64,000 nt of DNA, taken from Terriglobia bacterium. Its GTDB lineage: Bacteria > Acidobacteriota > Terriglobia > 20CM-2-55-15. Shown here piece by piece: positions 10,847-21,644 of the stretch. A program made the translations under genes and the position numbers. The notes under the pieces were generated by a model that was not told the origin of the DNA, did no database searches, and was given only the letters and a program-made list of their open reading frames with translations. The stretch covers positions 224,001-288,000 of the forward strand of contig CBDAOY010000005.1 in assembly GCA_965198225.1 (NCBI GenBank), written 5' to 3'. Position 1 is the first letter of the stretch, and each line of letters starts with the position of its first letter.

Positions 10847-11572
10847 CTAATTTAGACTAAAACGCTCGCCGAGATAAACCCTTTTGACTTCCTCGTCGGC
10901 ACTGAGCTCGCGGGGCGTCCCGGACCTGAATATGACCCCTTCGTTGATGATATAGGCTCGGTCGGTAACCTGGAGAGTCTCCCGAACGTTGTGGTCGGTG
11001 ATGAGAATCCCGATCTGGCGATCCTTCAGATGCTGGATGATCTTCTGAATCTCGAGCACGGTGATCGGGTCGATTCCCGAAAACGGCTCATCCAGGAGGA
11101 TGAACTTCGGCGAGATGACGAGCGAGCGTGCGATCTCGACCCGCCTTCGCTCTCCGCCCGAGAGGGTGTCGGCGAGACTCCTGCGGACGTGGCCGATCCC
11201 GAATTCGTCAAGGAGCGTCTCCAGGCGTTCCCGACGCTCCTGCCGGGAGAGGGGAAGCGTCTCGAGAATCGCCATGATGTTCGCCTCGACACTCAGCTTG
11301 CGAAAGACGGAAGCTTCCTGCGGCAGGTAGCTGATGCCGTTGCGCGCCCTCAGGTACATCGGTAGTTCGGTGATGTTGCTCTGATCGAGGAGAACGGATC
11401 CCGAATCGGGCCGTGTGAGCCCGACGATCATATAAAACGTCGTCGTCTTGCCGGCTCCGTTGGGACCCAACAGGCCGACAACCTCACCCTGGGAGACCTT
11501 CAGGTCGACATCGCGGACGACCCTACGGTTCTTATAGGTCTTACCTACCCCGACTGTTTCCAGAACCGCCAT
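10847..11572 (-). CDS. lptB: LPS export ABC transporter ATP-binding protein
   Basis: [35 protein letters not shown]; upstream of rpoN; ATG at 11572. Confidence 0.96.
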   Translation of the reverse strand: MAVLETVGVGKTYKNRRVVRDVDLKVSQGEVVGLLGPNGAGKTTTFYMIVGLTRPDSGSVLLDQSNITELPMYLRARNGISYLPQEASVFRKLSVEANIMAILETLPLSRQERRERLETLLDEFGIGHVRRSLADTLSGGERRRVEIARSLVISPKFILLDEPFSGIDPITVLEIQKIIQHLKDRQIGILITDHNVRETLQVTDRAYIINEGVIFRSGTPRELSADEEVKRVYLGERFSLN

Positions 11573-11582
11573 AACTGAAAGC

Positions 11583-13622
11583 CTATCGCGGGCCGACCAA
11601 CCGGCGCGAAACGACACGACTGCCGTCTTCGCCGTTCACGACGACTCCGTTGTCCTCGATGTTCATCACCAGCTTCCGTCCCTGCACGGCGGTCGTCGAG
11701 TCGGAAACTTCGGCCTCCCGTCCATACAGCGTGATTGTCTGCGCGGCCTCGCTGTAGATCGCCTCGTCGGCCTTGACGCCAAAACCACGCCCGGTGATGA
11801 TGACATCCTCCTTCGCCACGATCCGGCGAGGTTCTCCGCCTTCGAGCGTTGCCTCAAGATCATCCGCACTCAGTGTCATGTCGTCGGATCGGACACGCAC
11901 GTTGCCGACATAGTGCACGACACCAGTCGGATCGGCAAACTCGAGCCTGTCGGATCGCGCGCGGAGTTCTTCGACAGTGGAGTCGATCTCGCCCACTGCG
12001 ATAAAGCGCCGTTCCCGGGGGAAAATCTCGATCGCTTGTGCGCGAACGTGAATCCGCTCGCGCCATAACTCGGCGGTATCGGAGTACACGATCTTCTCTC
12101 CGTCGCCTTCCGCCTTCCCGCCGACGATGAGAGTCGGGTCCGCCGGGTCGAGCGAAACGGTCCGCGCGTCGCCCACGGCTGTGAAAAACTGTTTCGTCTG
12201 ATCGAGAGTGATCGTGTCGGCCTCGACACGAAAACGCTCGTCGGAAACCACGGGCCGGCCCTGGAGGACAATTCTGTCGCCGGCGGAGGACACTTCGGCG
12301 CGGCCTGCAGTCCCCCTGCGGCCTCCCTGGTCGAAGCGGATGTCGCCGGTCTGGACCAGCTCGATCAACCCCCCGCCCTCCGGATCGAACGCCGCGGTGG
12401 TCCTGTCCCCTGTCGAGCGGCCCGAGGCGGTTTCCAGGGTTGCCCGTCGGTCGGTCCGGAACCGAACCAAACCCGACCGCTCGATCTCAAAGTCGCGGCC
12501 CCGGAGTCGCGCATCTCCGAGGCGCAGAAACGAATCCTCCGAAGTCGACACGGCGTTCCCAACGTCGAGGCCGAACGCCCCGGAAAACTGGTTGCGAATC
12601 CGCGCGGATCGAAGCTCCTCTTCCGGCCCGAATACCATACGGGCGCTGCCGGTCGCCTCAAGGGCTCCGATGCGTCCCGCTCCGTCGAAAAAGCCGTCGA
12701 TCCGGTCACCGAACAGGGACTGCGGATCGTTTTCCTCGCCCGAGTGCAGCGCCGCCGTCCCACGAGCGGACATACTCTGAGCAGCACCTTCCGGCGACAG
12801 CGTCATGTGCAGCGCGGCGGCATCCAGAATCCAGTCTCGCCCGGGATCGAAGGATTCCGCGTGCACCTTGCCAGAGACAGTCAGTGCGCTCGGGCGAAAA
12901 GTTGCGTCTACCAGCTCCGCACTTGCTTCCTCGCCAAGTAGCCGCCCTCCCGCGGATAGGATCTCGACTCCTCCGGAAACCTGGGCCCAACCATCGCGCT
13001 GGTGAAACCGGGCACTGGCAGTCTGGAGTGTGGAACCATCCTCGAGCGTGATCTTAACAGAGCCATCCAGGACAACCATACTGTCCGGGATAAGGAACCT
13101 CAGGCTGTCGGCCCGACCTTCGAACTGCCCGGGGCGCGTCACGAGGACGGGTTGGCGAGACTCTATCGTGCGGGCTCGGTGGTTGTAGATCAGTTCGGCG
13201 GTACGCCCGACGGTGTTCTCATCCAGATGGAGTTCGACATTGCCCTCGAAGCGGATGTCGTCGGTCTCTGCGTCGTAACCGCATTCATCGCTCTGGATTC
13301 GACGCTCCGGGTCGCCCGCCTCTCCGAAGATGGTCACCGTCACGTCCTGGAGCAGGTTCCGACCGTCGGTAAATCCCAGGTTCGTCCGCGCTTCGATCGT
13401 GAACGAGATGCGCTCTCCGTCCGTCCGCGACAGCTTGAAGCCCTCGGTCAATGCCGACATGTTCTCCACGAGTCTTGGCAGGGGCTCTTCGAAGACAGGA
13501 TCTTCGGCAGGCCGATCCCAGTAGTTCCAGACCGGCACCGCGATCAACGCCACGACGATGACAGGAATGACGAATCGGAGTGCGCGAATCAGGTGATGGG
13601 TGTAGATCTTCTCCAGGCGCAT
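11583..13622 (-). CDS. Long LptC/LptA(OstA)-like LPS transport periplasmic protein
   Basis: One N-terminal TM segment followed by repeated beta-jellyroll-like segments (GNV, AD/GD motifs); directly upstream of lptB. Confidence 0.8.
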   Translation of the reverse strand: MRLEKIYTHHLIRALRFVIPVIVVALIAVPVWNYWDRPAEDPVFEEPLPRLVENMSALTEGFKLSRTDGERISFTIEARTNLGFTDGRNLLQDVTVTIFGEAGDPERRIQSDECGYDAETDDIRFEGNVELHLDENTVGRTAELIYNHRARTIESRQPVLVTRPGQFEGRADSLRFLIPDSMVVLDGSVKITLEDGSTLQTASARFHQRDGWAQVSGGVEILSAGGRLLGEEASAELVDATFRPSALTVSGKVHAESFDPGRDWILDAAALHMTLSPEGAAQSMSARGTAALHSGEENDPQSLFGDRIDGFFDGAGRIGALEATGSARMVFGPEEELRSARIRNQFSGAFGLDVGNAVSTSEDSFLRLGDARLRGRDFEIERSGLVRFRTDRRATLETASGRSTGDRTTAAFDPEGGGLIELVQTGDIRFDQGGRRGTAGRAEVSSAGDRIVLQGRPVVSDERFRVEADTITLDQTKQFFTAVGDARTVSLDPADPTLIVGGKAEGDGEKIVYSDTAELWRERIHVRAQAIEIFPRERRFIAVGEIDSTVEELRARSDRLEFADPTGVVHYVGNVRVRSDDMTLSADDLEATLEGGEPRRIVAKEDVIITGRGFGVKADEAIYSEAAQTITLYGREAEVSDSTTAVQGRKLVMNIEDNGVVVNGEDGSRVVSRRLVGPR

Positions 13623-13640
13623 CCCCTTGATCGTACCACG

Positions 13641-13670
13641 GCGGTCCGGAGCCGGAAGGCTCCGGACCGC
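13641..13670. repeat. Perfect GC-rich hairpin (13-bp stem)
   Basis: gcggtccggagcc-ggaa-ggctccggaccgc. Confidence 0.7.
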
Positions 13671-13780
13671 CGAGTAGTCAGTCAGTTGTCAGTTGTCGGA
13701 AAGCCAACCGGAGATTGGGCCTAGGCTTGCGAATTTGGCCGCGAAGAGAACTGTTTGGATGGTTCTTCCGGAAACTTCGT

Positions 13781-14040
13781 GTCCTATCGCAAATCGCGAT
13801 ATTTGAACAATCCGCATTGGTTGTTCATTGGACATTGCTTTATTTCAAATCGAAGGAGGCGCCGTGCTGAGCATGAAGTGCGCATGAGTGCCTACACCGG
13901 CTCTCTCGGAAAACCGTAAACTCTGCTGGATCATCACCGCATCCGTCAACACCGCTCGAAGCTCCGATCAATGACAAATCGAGCGATCTGCAACCCCCAA
14001 TCTCGAATGCGGATTTGTCCATTGACCATGCGATAGATTC
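13781..14040. repeat. Repeat family E (AT-rich CAAT/ATTG arms) enclosing a possible four-helix-bundle gene remnant
   Basis: 13781-13850 and 13965-14040 each match the reverse complement of parts of 21841-22023. Confidence 0.7.
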
Positions 14041-14257
14041 CTTCTTCCCCCCCCGAAACCCATTCAAAAACCGGAATTCCCATTTTGATAGACATTCTTC
14101 GTGACCTTCGTGTCTTCGTGTTGAAAAAAAATCGCTCCGATCCGCTGAAACGGTCGCTTGGAAGATAGGCTGGAACGGGTTGTATTCCCCTCTTTTTAGA
14201 GGGATAATTCCGCCCTTCCAGCAGAAATCCGTCTGGTCGCAGACAAGGAGTATGGTT

Positions 14258-14752
14258 ATGAATCGCCGGGTAAGCATCACGATAAACGGCACCAAACATG
14301 AGCGGGAGATCGAGCCGAGGGTCCTGCTCACTCATTTCATCCGTGACCTCGCTGGCCTGACCGGAACACACGTCGGCTGCGAAACCAGCATTTGCGGGGC
14401 CTGCACCGTGCTGGTGGATGGCATCGCCGTCAAGTCCTGCACCATGTTTGCGGTTCAGGTCGATGGTTCGGAAGTGGTGACGATCGAGGGAATGGCTCGA
14501 GACGGAAAGCTGCACCCGCTGCAGGAAAGTTTCTGGGAAAAGCACGGCCTGCAGTGCGGCTACTGCACGCCCGGCATGATCATGTGCAGTTATCAGTTCC
14601 TCGTGAACACTCCGTCTCCGACCGAGCAGGAAATACGCGATGCGCTGGACGGGAACCTCTGCAGGTGCACCGGCTATCAGAACATCGTCCGCGCGGTGGA
14701 ATCCGCTGGCGAAAAGATGCGGGAAGACCGAGCCGCAGCGGTCGGATCGTAG
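14258..14752 (+). CDS. coxS: Molybdenum hydroxylase/CODH small (2Fe-2S) subunit
   Basis: [23 protein letters not shown]; AAGGAG SD before ATG 14258. Confidence 0.92.
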   Translation: MNRRVSITINGTKHEREIEPRVLLTHFIRDLAGLTGTHVGCETSICGACTVLVDGIAVKSCTMFAVQVDGSEVVTIEGMARDGKLHPLQESFWEKHGLQCGYCTPGMIMCSYQFLVNTPSPTEQEIRDALDGNLCRCTGYQNIVRAVESAGEKMREDRAAAVGS

Positions 14753-14761
14753 GAGGCAGGC

Positions 14762-17089
14762 ATGACGAATCGCTTTGTCGGTCAGGCAGTAAAACGAAAG
14801 GAAGACCCGCGGCTGGTTGCCGGGGCTTCGGCCTACGTCGACGACATCGTGCTGCCGGGTATGCTCTACGCAACGGTTGTGCGCAGCGTCCACGCTCACG
14901 CCCGCATCAAGAGCGTCGACGTGACGCGAGCACGGAGTATGCCGGGAGTCCACACGGTACTTACCGGGGAAGATACCAGGGACGCGCTCGGTTCCGTTCC
15001 GTGCGCGGGTCAACTCCCCGACCTGAAGGTCCCCAATCACCCCCCCCTGGCCGTCGACAAGGTTCGGTTTGTGGGGGAGCCGATTGCCCTGGTCGTTGCC
15101 GACGACCGCTACGTCGGAGCAGACGCCGCCGATGCGGTCGAGATCGACTACGAGCCCCTGCCGGCGGTCGTTGACCCGGAAAAAGCCATCGAAAGCGGCG
15201 CCACCGTACTCCATGAGGAATGGGACGACAACGTGGCGTTCCGGTTCGGCTTCGAGAACGGCAACACCGAGGAGGCCTTCGCCAGCGCCGAACATGTAAC
15301 GAAGCACCGCTTCATCAACCAACGCCTGGCGCCCATCTCGATGGAGACTCGTGGCGTCGTCGCCGATTTTCAGATGCCCGCGGAAGAGCTGGTCGTCTGG
15401 ACATCGACCCAGATCCCGCACCTGGTCAAGACACAGGTGGCGGTGATGCTGGGATTTCCTGAGAACCGCACACGGGTCATCGCGCCGGAAGTCGGAGGCG
15501 GATTCGGTTCGAAGCTCAATGTCTATGCCGAGGAAGCCCTGGTGGCCTACGCGGCTCAAAAGATAGAGAGGCCGGTCAAGTGGATCGAGTCGCGGCGTGA
15601 AAACATGGCGGCGACGATTCACGGGAGGGACCAGATCCAGGATGTCGAGCTGGCGCTCGAGAAGGATGGGACGATTCTCGGAATGAGGCTGGGAGTCGTC
15701 GCCGACCTGGGCGCATACCACCAACTCCTGACACCGATCATCCCGACGTTGACAGCACTGCTTGCCCCGGGCGCCTACGGGATTCCTGCTTTCAAGGTCG
15801 ACATGGTCGGCGCTTTCACGAACAAGATGTCGACCGACGCATATCGCGGAGCCGGCCGCCCGGAGTCCACCTACCTCATCGAACGGATCATGGATGTCGC
15901 AGCGATGGAGCTGGGGATGGACCCTGTCGAACTCCGGCGGAAGAACTTCCCTCAGCCCGATCAGTTCCCGTACCAGACCTCGGGCGGCGTGGTTTACGAC
16001 AGTGCCGACTACGAGAAGGCCCTGGACCGGGCGCTGGAGATCGCCGACTACGATGGACTCCGGGCCAAGCAGGCCGAGATGCGCAAAGAAGGGAAACACA
16101 TGGGCATCGGCATCTCGACATACGTCGAGATCTGCGCGATGGGTCCATCGACGGCAATGCCTGCCGGCGGGTGGGAAAGCGGGACCGTCCGCATCGAGCC
16201 GACCGGCAAGGTCACGGTCTTGACTGGCGCGTCGCCCCACGGACAGGGACAGGAAACATCCTTCGCGCAAATCGCAGCCGACGAATTCGGCATCGACATG
16301 GACGATGTGGTTGTCCTGCACGGAGACACCGGCCGCATCCCCTACGGCATCGGAACTTTCGGCAGCCGGGGCACGGCTGTCGGCGGCACCGCGATGTACC
16401 TGGCGATCCAGGATCTCAAGGAAAAGATGAAGAAGATCGCCGCCCATCAGCTAGGCTCCGAACCGGAAAAGATCGAGTTCGGCATCGGAACGCTGAGCGT
16501 CGCCGGAGAAGGCGACAAGTCAATCAGCTTCAACGATGTTGTCACCGCGGCCTACATCGCGCGGGATATTCCGCAAGGGGTAGAACCGGGTCTGGAAGCG
16601 ACGCGATTCTTCGAGCCGTCCAACTTCACGTTCCCGTTCGGGACTCATGTCTGTGTCGTCGAAATCGACGGCGAAACCGGTGAAATCGACCTTACCCGTT
16701 ACATCGCGGTCGATGACTGCGGGAAGGTCATCAACCCGCTTCTGGTCGAAGGTCAGCTTCACGGTGGAATCGTCCAGGGTGTCGCCCAGGCGCTTCATGA
16801 GGAAGTGGTTTACGACGACAACGGCCAGTTGGTGACAGGCAGCCTGATGGACTACGCGCTACCGCGCGCGCACGACATGCCGATGATCGAGATGGATCGA
16901 ACCGTGACACCGTCACCGGTTAACCCGTTGGGGGTCAAGGGTGTCGGCGAAGCGGGAACGATCGGCTCGACGCCCTGCGTCGTCAACGCCGTGGTCGACG
17001 CGCTGGCTCCGTTCGGGGTGAAACACATCGACATGCCGCTCCGGTCGGAAAAGATCTGGAAAATTCTGAAAGGAGGTAGTCCGTCATGA
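14762..17089 (+). CDS. coxL: Form II CODH-like molybdopterin large subunit
   Basis: GGGFG, active-site loop AYRGAGR (form II, not form I AYXCSFR), KGVGEAG. Confidence 0.9.
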   Translation: MTNRFVGQAVKRKEDPRLVAGASAYVDDIVLPGMLYATVVRSVHAHARIKSVDVTRARSMPGVHTVLTGEDTRDALGSVPCAGQLPDLKVPNHPPLAVDKVRFVGEPIALVVADDRYVGADAADAVEIDYEPLPAVVDPEKAIESGATVLHEEWDDNVAFRFGFENGNTEEAFASAEHVTKHRFINQRLAPISMETRGVVADFQMPAEELVVWTSTQIPHLVKTQVAVMLGFPENRTRVIAPEVGGGFGSKLNVYAEEALVAYAAQKIERPVKWIESRRENMAATIHGRDQIQDVELALEKDGTILGMRLGVVADLGAYHQLLTPIIPTLTALLAPGAYGIPAFKVDMVGAFTNKMSTDAYRGAGRPESTYLIERIMDVAAMELGMDPVELRRKNFPQPDQFPYQTSGGVVYDSADYEKALDRALEIADYDGLRAKQAEMRKEGKHMGIGISTYVEICAMGPSTAMPAGGWESGTVRIEPTGKVTVLTGASPHGQGQETSFAQIAADEFGIDMDDVVVLHGDTGRIPYGIGTFGSRGTAVGGTAMYLAIQDLKEKMKKIAAHQLGSEPEKIEFGIGTLSVAGEGDKSISFNDVVTAAYIARDIPQGVEPGLEATRFFEPSNFTFPFGTHVCVVEIDGETGEIDLTRYIAVDDCGKVINPLLVEGQLHGGIVQGVAQALHEEVVYDDNGQLVTGSLMDYALPRAHDMPMIEMDRTVTPSPVNPLGVKGVGEAGTIGSTPCVVNAVVDALAPFGVKHIDMPLRSEKIWKILKGGSPS

Positions 17090-17949
17090 TCCCGGAGAAT
17101 TTCGAATACCTGACTCCGGCTTCCTTGTCCGAAGCCGTCGGCCTGCTCGAAGAGCACGGTGACAGCGCGAAAGTGCTGGCCGGTGGGCACAGTCTGATCC
17201 CGATGATGAAACTGCGCCTGGCGGCGCCGACACGACTCATCGATATCGGGAAGATCTCCGAACTGGTTTTCATCAACGAGGACGACAGCACGCTCCGGAT
17301 CGGAACGCTGACGACGCACCATGCGATCGCGAACTCCGACGTCGTCAGGAACCACTGCCAGGCACTGGCCGAAGCAGCCGGACAGATCGGCGACATACAG
17401 GTACGCAATAAGGGCACGATCGGCGGGAGCCTGGCTCACGCCGACCCCGCCGCCGACTACCCGGCCGCTATTCTCTCTTCCGATGCCGCGATCGTCGCGG
17501 CGGGGCCGCAGGGTGATCGGGAGATCTCGGCGACGGACTTTTTCGTCGATATGCTGACAACCGCACTTGAGCCCGGAGAGATCATCCGGGAGATCCGAAT
17601 TCCGATACCACACGGTTCTAACGGCAGCGCCTACGTGAAGATGGCGCAGATGGCGTCGGGTTTCGCGATCTGTGGAGCGGCCGCACGGGTCGCCATCGAG
17701 AACGGCACGGTCTCCGCATTGTCGGTTGGCATCACCGGAGTCTCGGGCAGCGCCTATCGCGCGACCGGAACCGAAGACGCACTCCGGGGACAGAACGCCA
17801 CACCGGATGCGGTCAGCGCCGCCGCGGCCAAAGCGGCCGACGGCATCACGGCGCTGGACGACATCCATGCCTCGGCCGACTACCGGCTCGACTTGGCCCG
17901 CATCTTTGCCGCACGCGCGATCGGAGCCGCGATCGAACGCGCGGGATGA
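17086..17949 (+). CDS. coxM: FAD-binding medium subunit
   Basis: AGGHSL, QVRNKGTIGGS, ADPAAD. Confidence 0.92.
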   Translation: MIPENFEYLTPASLSEAVGLLEEHGDSAKVLAGGHSLIPMMKLRLAAPTRLIDIGKISELVFINEDDSTLRIGTLTTHHAIANSDVVRNHCQALAEAAGQIGDIQVRNKGTIGGSLAHADPAADYPAAILSSDAAIVAAGPQGDREISATDFFVDMLTTALEPGEIIREIRIPIPHGSNGSAYVKMAQMASGFAICGAAARVAIENGTVSALSVGITGVSGSAYRATGTEDALRGQNATPDAVSAAAAKAADGITALDDIHASADYRLDLARIFAARAIGAAIERAG

Positions 17950-18386
17950 CGGTCGAAGGGACATTCTCCTTCCAGAACGCCTCACGGGATGCGGTCTGGG
18001 ATTCGTTGACGAATCCGGACCGCATCGCGGAATGCCTCCCCGGCTGCGACAAGCTCGAACAGATTGATGAACACGGCTACCGGATGAACATCGAAGTCGG
18101 GATTGGTGCGATTCGCAGTTCCTATAAGGGAACCGTCCACCTCAAGGACTTCAGCCCCCCTTCGGCGTACTCCCTCAAGGTCCGGGGCACGGGCAGCGCT
18201 GGCTTCATGGAGGGGGTGGGAAACATCCACGTTGATGAAGCGGGTGACGGAGTGCGGGTCCGCTATTCCGGAGACGTATCGGTCGGCGGAAAAATTGCCG
18301 CGTTAGGCCAACGCATGGTCGGCGGGGCCGCCCGGATGGTGATCGGCCAGTTTTTCAAGTGCGTGGCGAGCAATTTGGACGGATAG
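17946..18386 (+). CDS. coxG: CoxG (SRPBCC family) accessory protein
   Basis: VWDSL..P..IAECLPG, GKIAALGQRM; follows coxM. Confidence 0.88.
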   Translation: MTVEGTFSFQNASRDAVWDSLTNPDRIAECLPGCDKLEQIDEHGYRMNIEVGIGAIRSSYKGTVHLKDFSPPSAYSLKVRGTGSAGFMEGVGNIHVDEAGDGVRVRYSGDVSVGGKIAALGQRMVGGAARMVIGQFFKCVASNLDG

Positions 18387-18398
18387 GGAAAATCTTCA

Positions 18399-18619
18399 AG
18401 GGAATCGGCGTTCCCGAACTTTTCTGCTTAGCCAACACCCGGGGACAGGGCAAGCCCTGTCCCCCCTCACAGTGGCTCTCTCGCGGACTGTGTCGCTTAA
18501 CGAAGACACCGAGGGAATCGGCGTTCCCGAACTTTTCCGCTTAGCCAACACCCGGGGACAGGGCAAGCCCTGTCCCCCTCACAGTGGCTCTCTCGCGGAC
18601 TGTGTCGCTTAGCGAAGAC
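18399..18619. repeat. Tandem duplication (about 113-bp period) containing family D hairpin GGGGACAGGGCAAGCCCTGTCCCC
   Basis: Units start at 18399 and 18512 and are near-identical; located between convergent genes. Confidence 0.9.
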
Positions 18620-18632
18620 TGTTTGCTACAGA

Positions 18633-20351
18633 TCAGTCGGACTTGATGAAGACGTCGAGTTGGTCGCCCAGGTCCCGGGCGGAGGGGGTGATGATCGTCT
18701 TGTCCCCGACGACAATCTTGATGTTCGACTGCGAGGCGGCTCGAACATCGTCCTCGCAGACGACATCCGCAGGCTTGGGAGGCGGTTTGGGCGGGCTCGC
18801 TGGTGGGACGCTCCCCAGCTCGGCATAGGTGCCGAGCGGTGGGGCCGGCGAGGTCGGTGCAGGAGGTGGATGAGCGGCAACGGTCTTCTTCTCGAGCCAG
18901 CGGTTCACGACACTGGCGATCTTTTCTCGATCCGACGACCCGGCCGGGTTTCCAATTCTCGAAGATGTGAGGGTTGGCGTCGCACCCACGGCTGGAGACA
19001 GGGGCGCTTCTCGTACTCCGAAAGCCACCCGCTTCAGGTTGATCAGGTGGAGCGGGGATATGTTGTCCGAGGTGATGTTTCCGCCCGCGGCACCGCAACC
19101 CAGCGTCATCGATGGGAACAGGTTGGTCGTGTAGCCTACTGCGCCCAGGGCAGCCGGGGTGTTCACGCATATCCGGAAGGCGGGTTTGTGTAGCGCGAAC
19201 TGGCGAATCACTTCGTCGTCGTTCGAATGGAGGGCCAGTGTGTGCCCGAGGCCGCCGAAACTGAGGATGTCGATACATTTCTGACATCCTTCTTTCCAGT
19301 CTCGAACCGTATAGTAGGCAAGGATAGGCGACAGCTTCTCCATCGACAGCGGGTGTTCGCGTCCCACTCCGTCGGCCGCACCTACCAGCGCCCGGGTTCC
19401 TTCCGGGACGTCGATGCCTGCCATCTCGGCGATACGAGGTGCGGACTGACCGACGATCTTGGTGTTGAGTCCCCCGCGGGGTGTTTGAATCACTCTCTCG
19501 AGACGGGTTCGCTCGTCGGGGTTGCAGATGTAGGCCCCCTGCCTCGACAGTTGCTCCAGCGTCGCAGCACCGATGGAGTCGTCGCAGATGAGCGACTGCT
19601 CGGACGAACACAAAGTTCCGTTGTCGAAACACTTCCCCGTCAATACGTGTTGCACTGCTTTCGCCACGTCGGCGGAGCTTTCGATGTAGGCGGGGACGTT
19701 ACCCGGTCCGACTCCGAACGCGGGCTTCCCGGCGCTGTAGGCGGCACGAACCAGGCCGGGACCTCCCGTCGCGAGTATCACTGCGGTGATCCGGTTCTTC
19801 ATCAATTCCTCGGTGCCTTCCATCGTCGGTGTAGTCATGCATCCGACGACCCCGGGCGGCGCCCCTGCCTGCTCGGCCGCCTGCGCGATCAGTCGCGCTG
19901 TTTCGGAAATACACCGCACCGCGGACGGATGCGGACTGAAGACGATTGCGTTGCGACCCTTGAGGGCGATCAACGCTTTGTAGATCGTCGTCGATGTCGG
20001 GTTCGTCGACGGAATGATTCCGGCAACCACACCGACCGGACTCGCAACTTCAAAGATTCGCTTTTCGCGGTCCTCACTGACGATTCCGACGGTCTTCAGC
20101 GGGCGGATGGCTTGATAGACGTTGTCGGCACAGAAGAGGTTCTTGGCTTTCTTATCCTCGGCTGTGCCGAAACCGGTCTCCTCGACAGCGAGGCGACCAA
20201 GAGCGGCCGCGTTCTCGATTGTGATCTTGGAGATAGCCGCCAGGATTGGTTCCACTCGATCTTCGGAAAAATCCTCAAAGAGTTTTCCCGCGGAGTGGGC
20301 CTTCTCGAGCAGGCGTCGAGCCTCTTGAATCGATGAGAGATCCTTGTCCAT
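18633..20351 (-). CDS. CoA-acylating aldehyde dehydrogenase (EutE-like) with C-terminal encapsulation-peptide-like helix and an extra domain
   Basis: PSTNPTST, ATGG, GVGPGN, FDNGTLCSSEQ catalytic Cys, EKLSP, LGCG; ATG at 20351. Confidence 0.9.
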   Translation of the reverse strand: MDKDLSSIQEARRLLEKAHSAGKLFEDFSEDRVEPILAAISKITIENAAALGRLAVEETGFGTAEDKKAKNLFCADNVYQAIRPLKTVGIVSEDREKRIFEVASPVGVVAGIIPSTNPTSTTIYKALIALKGRNAIVFSPHPSAVRCISETARLIAQAAEQAGAPPGVVGCMTTPTMEGTEELMKNRITAVILATGGPGLVRAAYSAGKPAFGVGPGNVPAYIESSADVAKAVQHVLTGKCFDNGTLCSSEQSLICDDSIGAATLEQLSRQGAYICNPDERTRLERVIQTPRGGLNTKIVGQSAPRIAEMAGIDVPEGTRALVGAADGVGREHPLSMEKLSPILAYYTVRDWKEGCQKCIDILSFGGLGHTLALHSNDDEVIRQFALHKPAFRICVNTPAALGAVGYTTNLFPSMTLGCGAAGGNITSDNISPLHLINLKRVAFGVREAPLSPAVGATPTLTSSRIGNPAGSSDREKIASVVNRWLEKKTVAAHPPPAPTSPAPPLGTYAELGSVPPASPPKPPPKPADVVCEDDVRAASQSNIKIVVGDKTIITPSARDLGDQLDVFIKSD

Positions 20352-20416
20352 ACACGTCCGGCCTCGCGAGTCCTGCGATGTGAAGCGCAAGAAACTCGCG
20401 CGTTAGGAAGCGGCGA

Positions 20417-20686
20417 TCAACCTTTGACGATCAGGTCCACATCGTCGTAAGGGCTAGGGATGACATGCACGCTTACCAGTTCGCCGACACGTCCGGCAGC
20501 TGCAGAACCCGCATCCACTGCGGCTTTGACGGCCCCCACCTCACCTCGAACGAGCACGGCCACATAGCCTCCCAACGTGTATTCTCTCTTTATGAGAGAC
20601 ACGTTGGCCGCTTTGACCATCGCATCAGACGCTTCAACCGCGCCGATAAACCCAAGTGTCTCAACCATACCGAGCGCTTCTCGCAT
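20417..20686 (-). CDS. Bacterial microcompartment shell hexamer (BMC-H)
   Basis: [36 protein letters not shown]. Confidence 0.93.
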   Translation of the reverse strand: MREALGMVETLGFIGAVEASDAMVKAANVSLIKREYTLGGYVAVLVRGEVGAVKAAVDAGSAAAGRVGELVSVHVIPSPYDDVDLIVKG

Positions 20687-20867
20687 CATTACCTCGATGG
20701 AGTGGAAACGGCTCCCCTCGCACCCGCAAGGCCACACTCCGGGAAGATTCCGACACCCCCCGAGCGGTGGGGTACGCTAGCAGAATCGATACATAAAAGC
20801 AATTGACTCCTAAGTGTCTAATTTATAAGATCTTACTTATTTCTTGGAACGGTGCGCTCGGGATAGT

Positions 20868-21632
20868 ATGTCGGGTTTCGGAAAGAAGTTCAGATCGGCC
20901 CGCGACGCGAAGGGTCTTTCCCTGAATCAGATCGCGGAAGAAACGCGCATCAGCGCGCGATTTTTGCGTGCTATAGAGCAGGAAACGTTCCACCTACTAC
21001 CGGGCGGTGTCTTCAACCGCGGGTTCATCCGCACCTACGCCACGCAGGTCGGGCTGGATCCCGATATCGCCGTCGCGGAGTACGCAGACCTTACCGAGGA
21101 GACGGTGGTTGAAGAACCTTCTCGATCACCTGAGCTGGCCCCCGAACGCCATATCGTCCCTGTCGCAGTCGGAGGTCTTGTTGTCCTAGTTGTTCTCTTC
21201 TACATTTTCGCGTCGCGCGATAGCAGCGTGACCACGGGAGCGGCCGAACCGACGGCACCGGCGTCCCAGGCGATGGCCCGTCCCGAGCCGGCACCTGCTG
21301 TGAACCGCCCAGAAACTCTTCAGCCCCCGCCCCCTCCGCCTCGCGCAACGATCGAACCCCCATTCGAAGGCGTCACCATTCAGATCCAGGTCCATGACGA
21401 GACGTGGGTGGCACTCGCGGCCGACGGAAGAGAAGTCATCGGCGGTGAAGTCCTCGGCGCCGGAACCAGCCGGCGCTACACGGCACGCGAAGCAATCGAG
21501 CTGACGGTCGGCAACGCCGCCGGCTTGTCTCTCCTCATCAATGATCGCGAAGTCCCGCCACTCGGCAGAGCCGGACAGGTGCGCATCCTGACGATCACCC
21601 CGGACAACATCGACCGCTTCACCGGCAGCTAG
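20868..21632 (+). CDS. RodZ-like HTH membrane protein (DUF4115)
   Basis: N-terminal HTH (RFLRAIE..F..LPGGVFNRGFIRTYA), one TM segment, Pro-rich linker, GNAAG C-terminal domain. Confidence 0.88.
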   Translation: MSGFGKKFRSARDAKGLSLNQIAEETRISARFLRAIEQETFHLLPGGVFNRGFIRTYATQVGLDPDIAVAEYADLTEETVVEEPSRSPELAPERHIVPVAVGGLVVLVVLFYIFASRDSSVTTGAAEPTAPASQAMARPEPAPAVNRPETLQPPPPPPRATIEPPFEGVTIQIQVHDETWVALAADGREVIGGEVLGAGTSRRYTAREAIELTVGNAAGLSLLINDREVPPLGRAGQVRILTITPDNIDRFTGS

Positions 21633-21644
21633 CTGACAGCCCGC

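Noticed and set aside
13946-16447. 833-aa minus-strand ORF
   Set aside because: Antisense shadow of coxS/coxL in GC-rich DNA; no recognisable motifs.
14762-17089. Bona fide form I aerobic CO dehydrogenase
   Set aside because: It lacks AYXCSFR and the M-S-L gene order.
18399-18619. CRISPR interpretation of the duplicated hairpin unit
   Set aside because: It is a simple whole-unit tandem duplication of a dispersed repeat.
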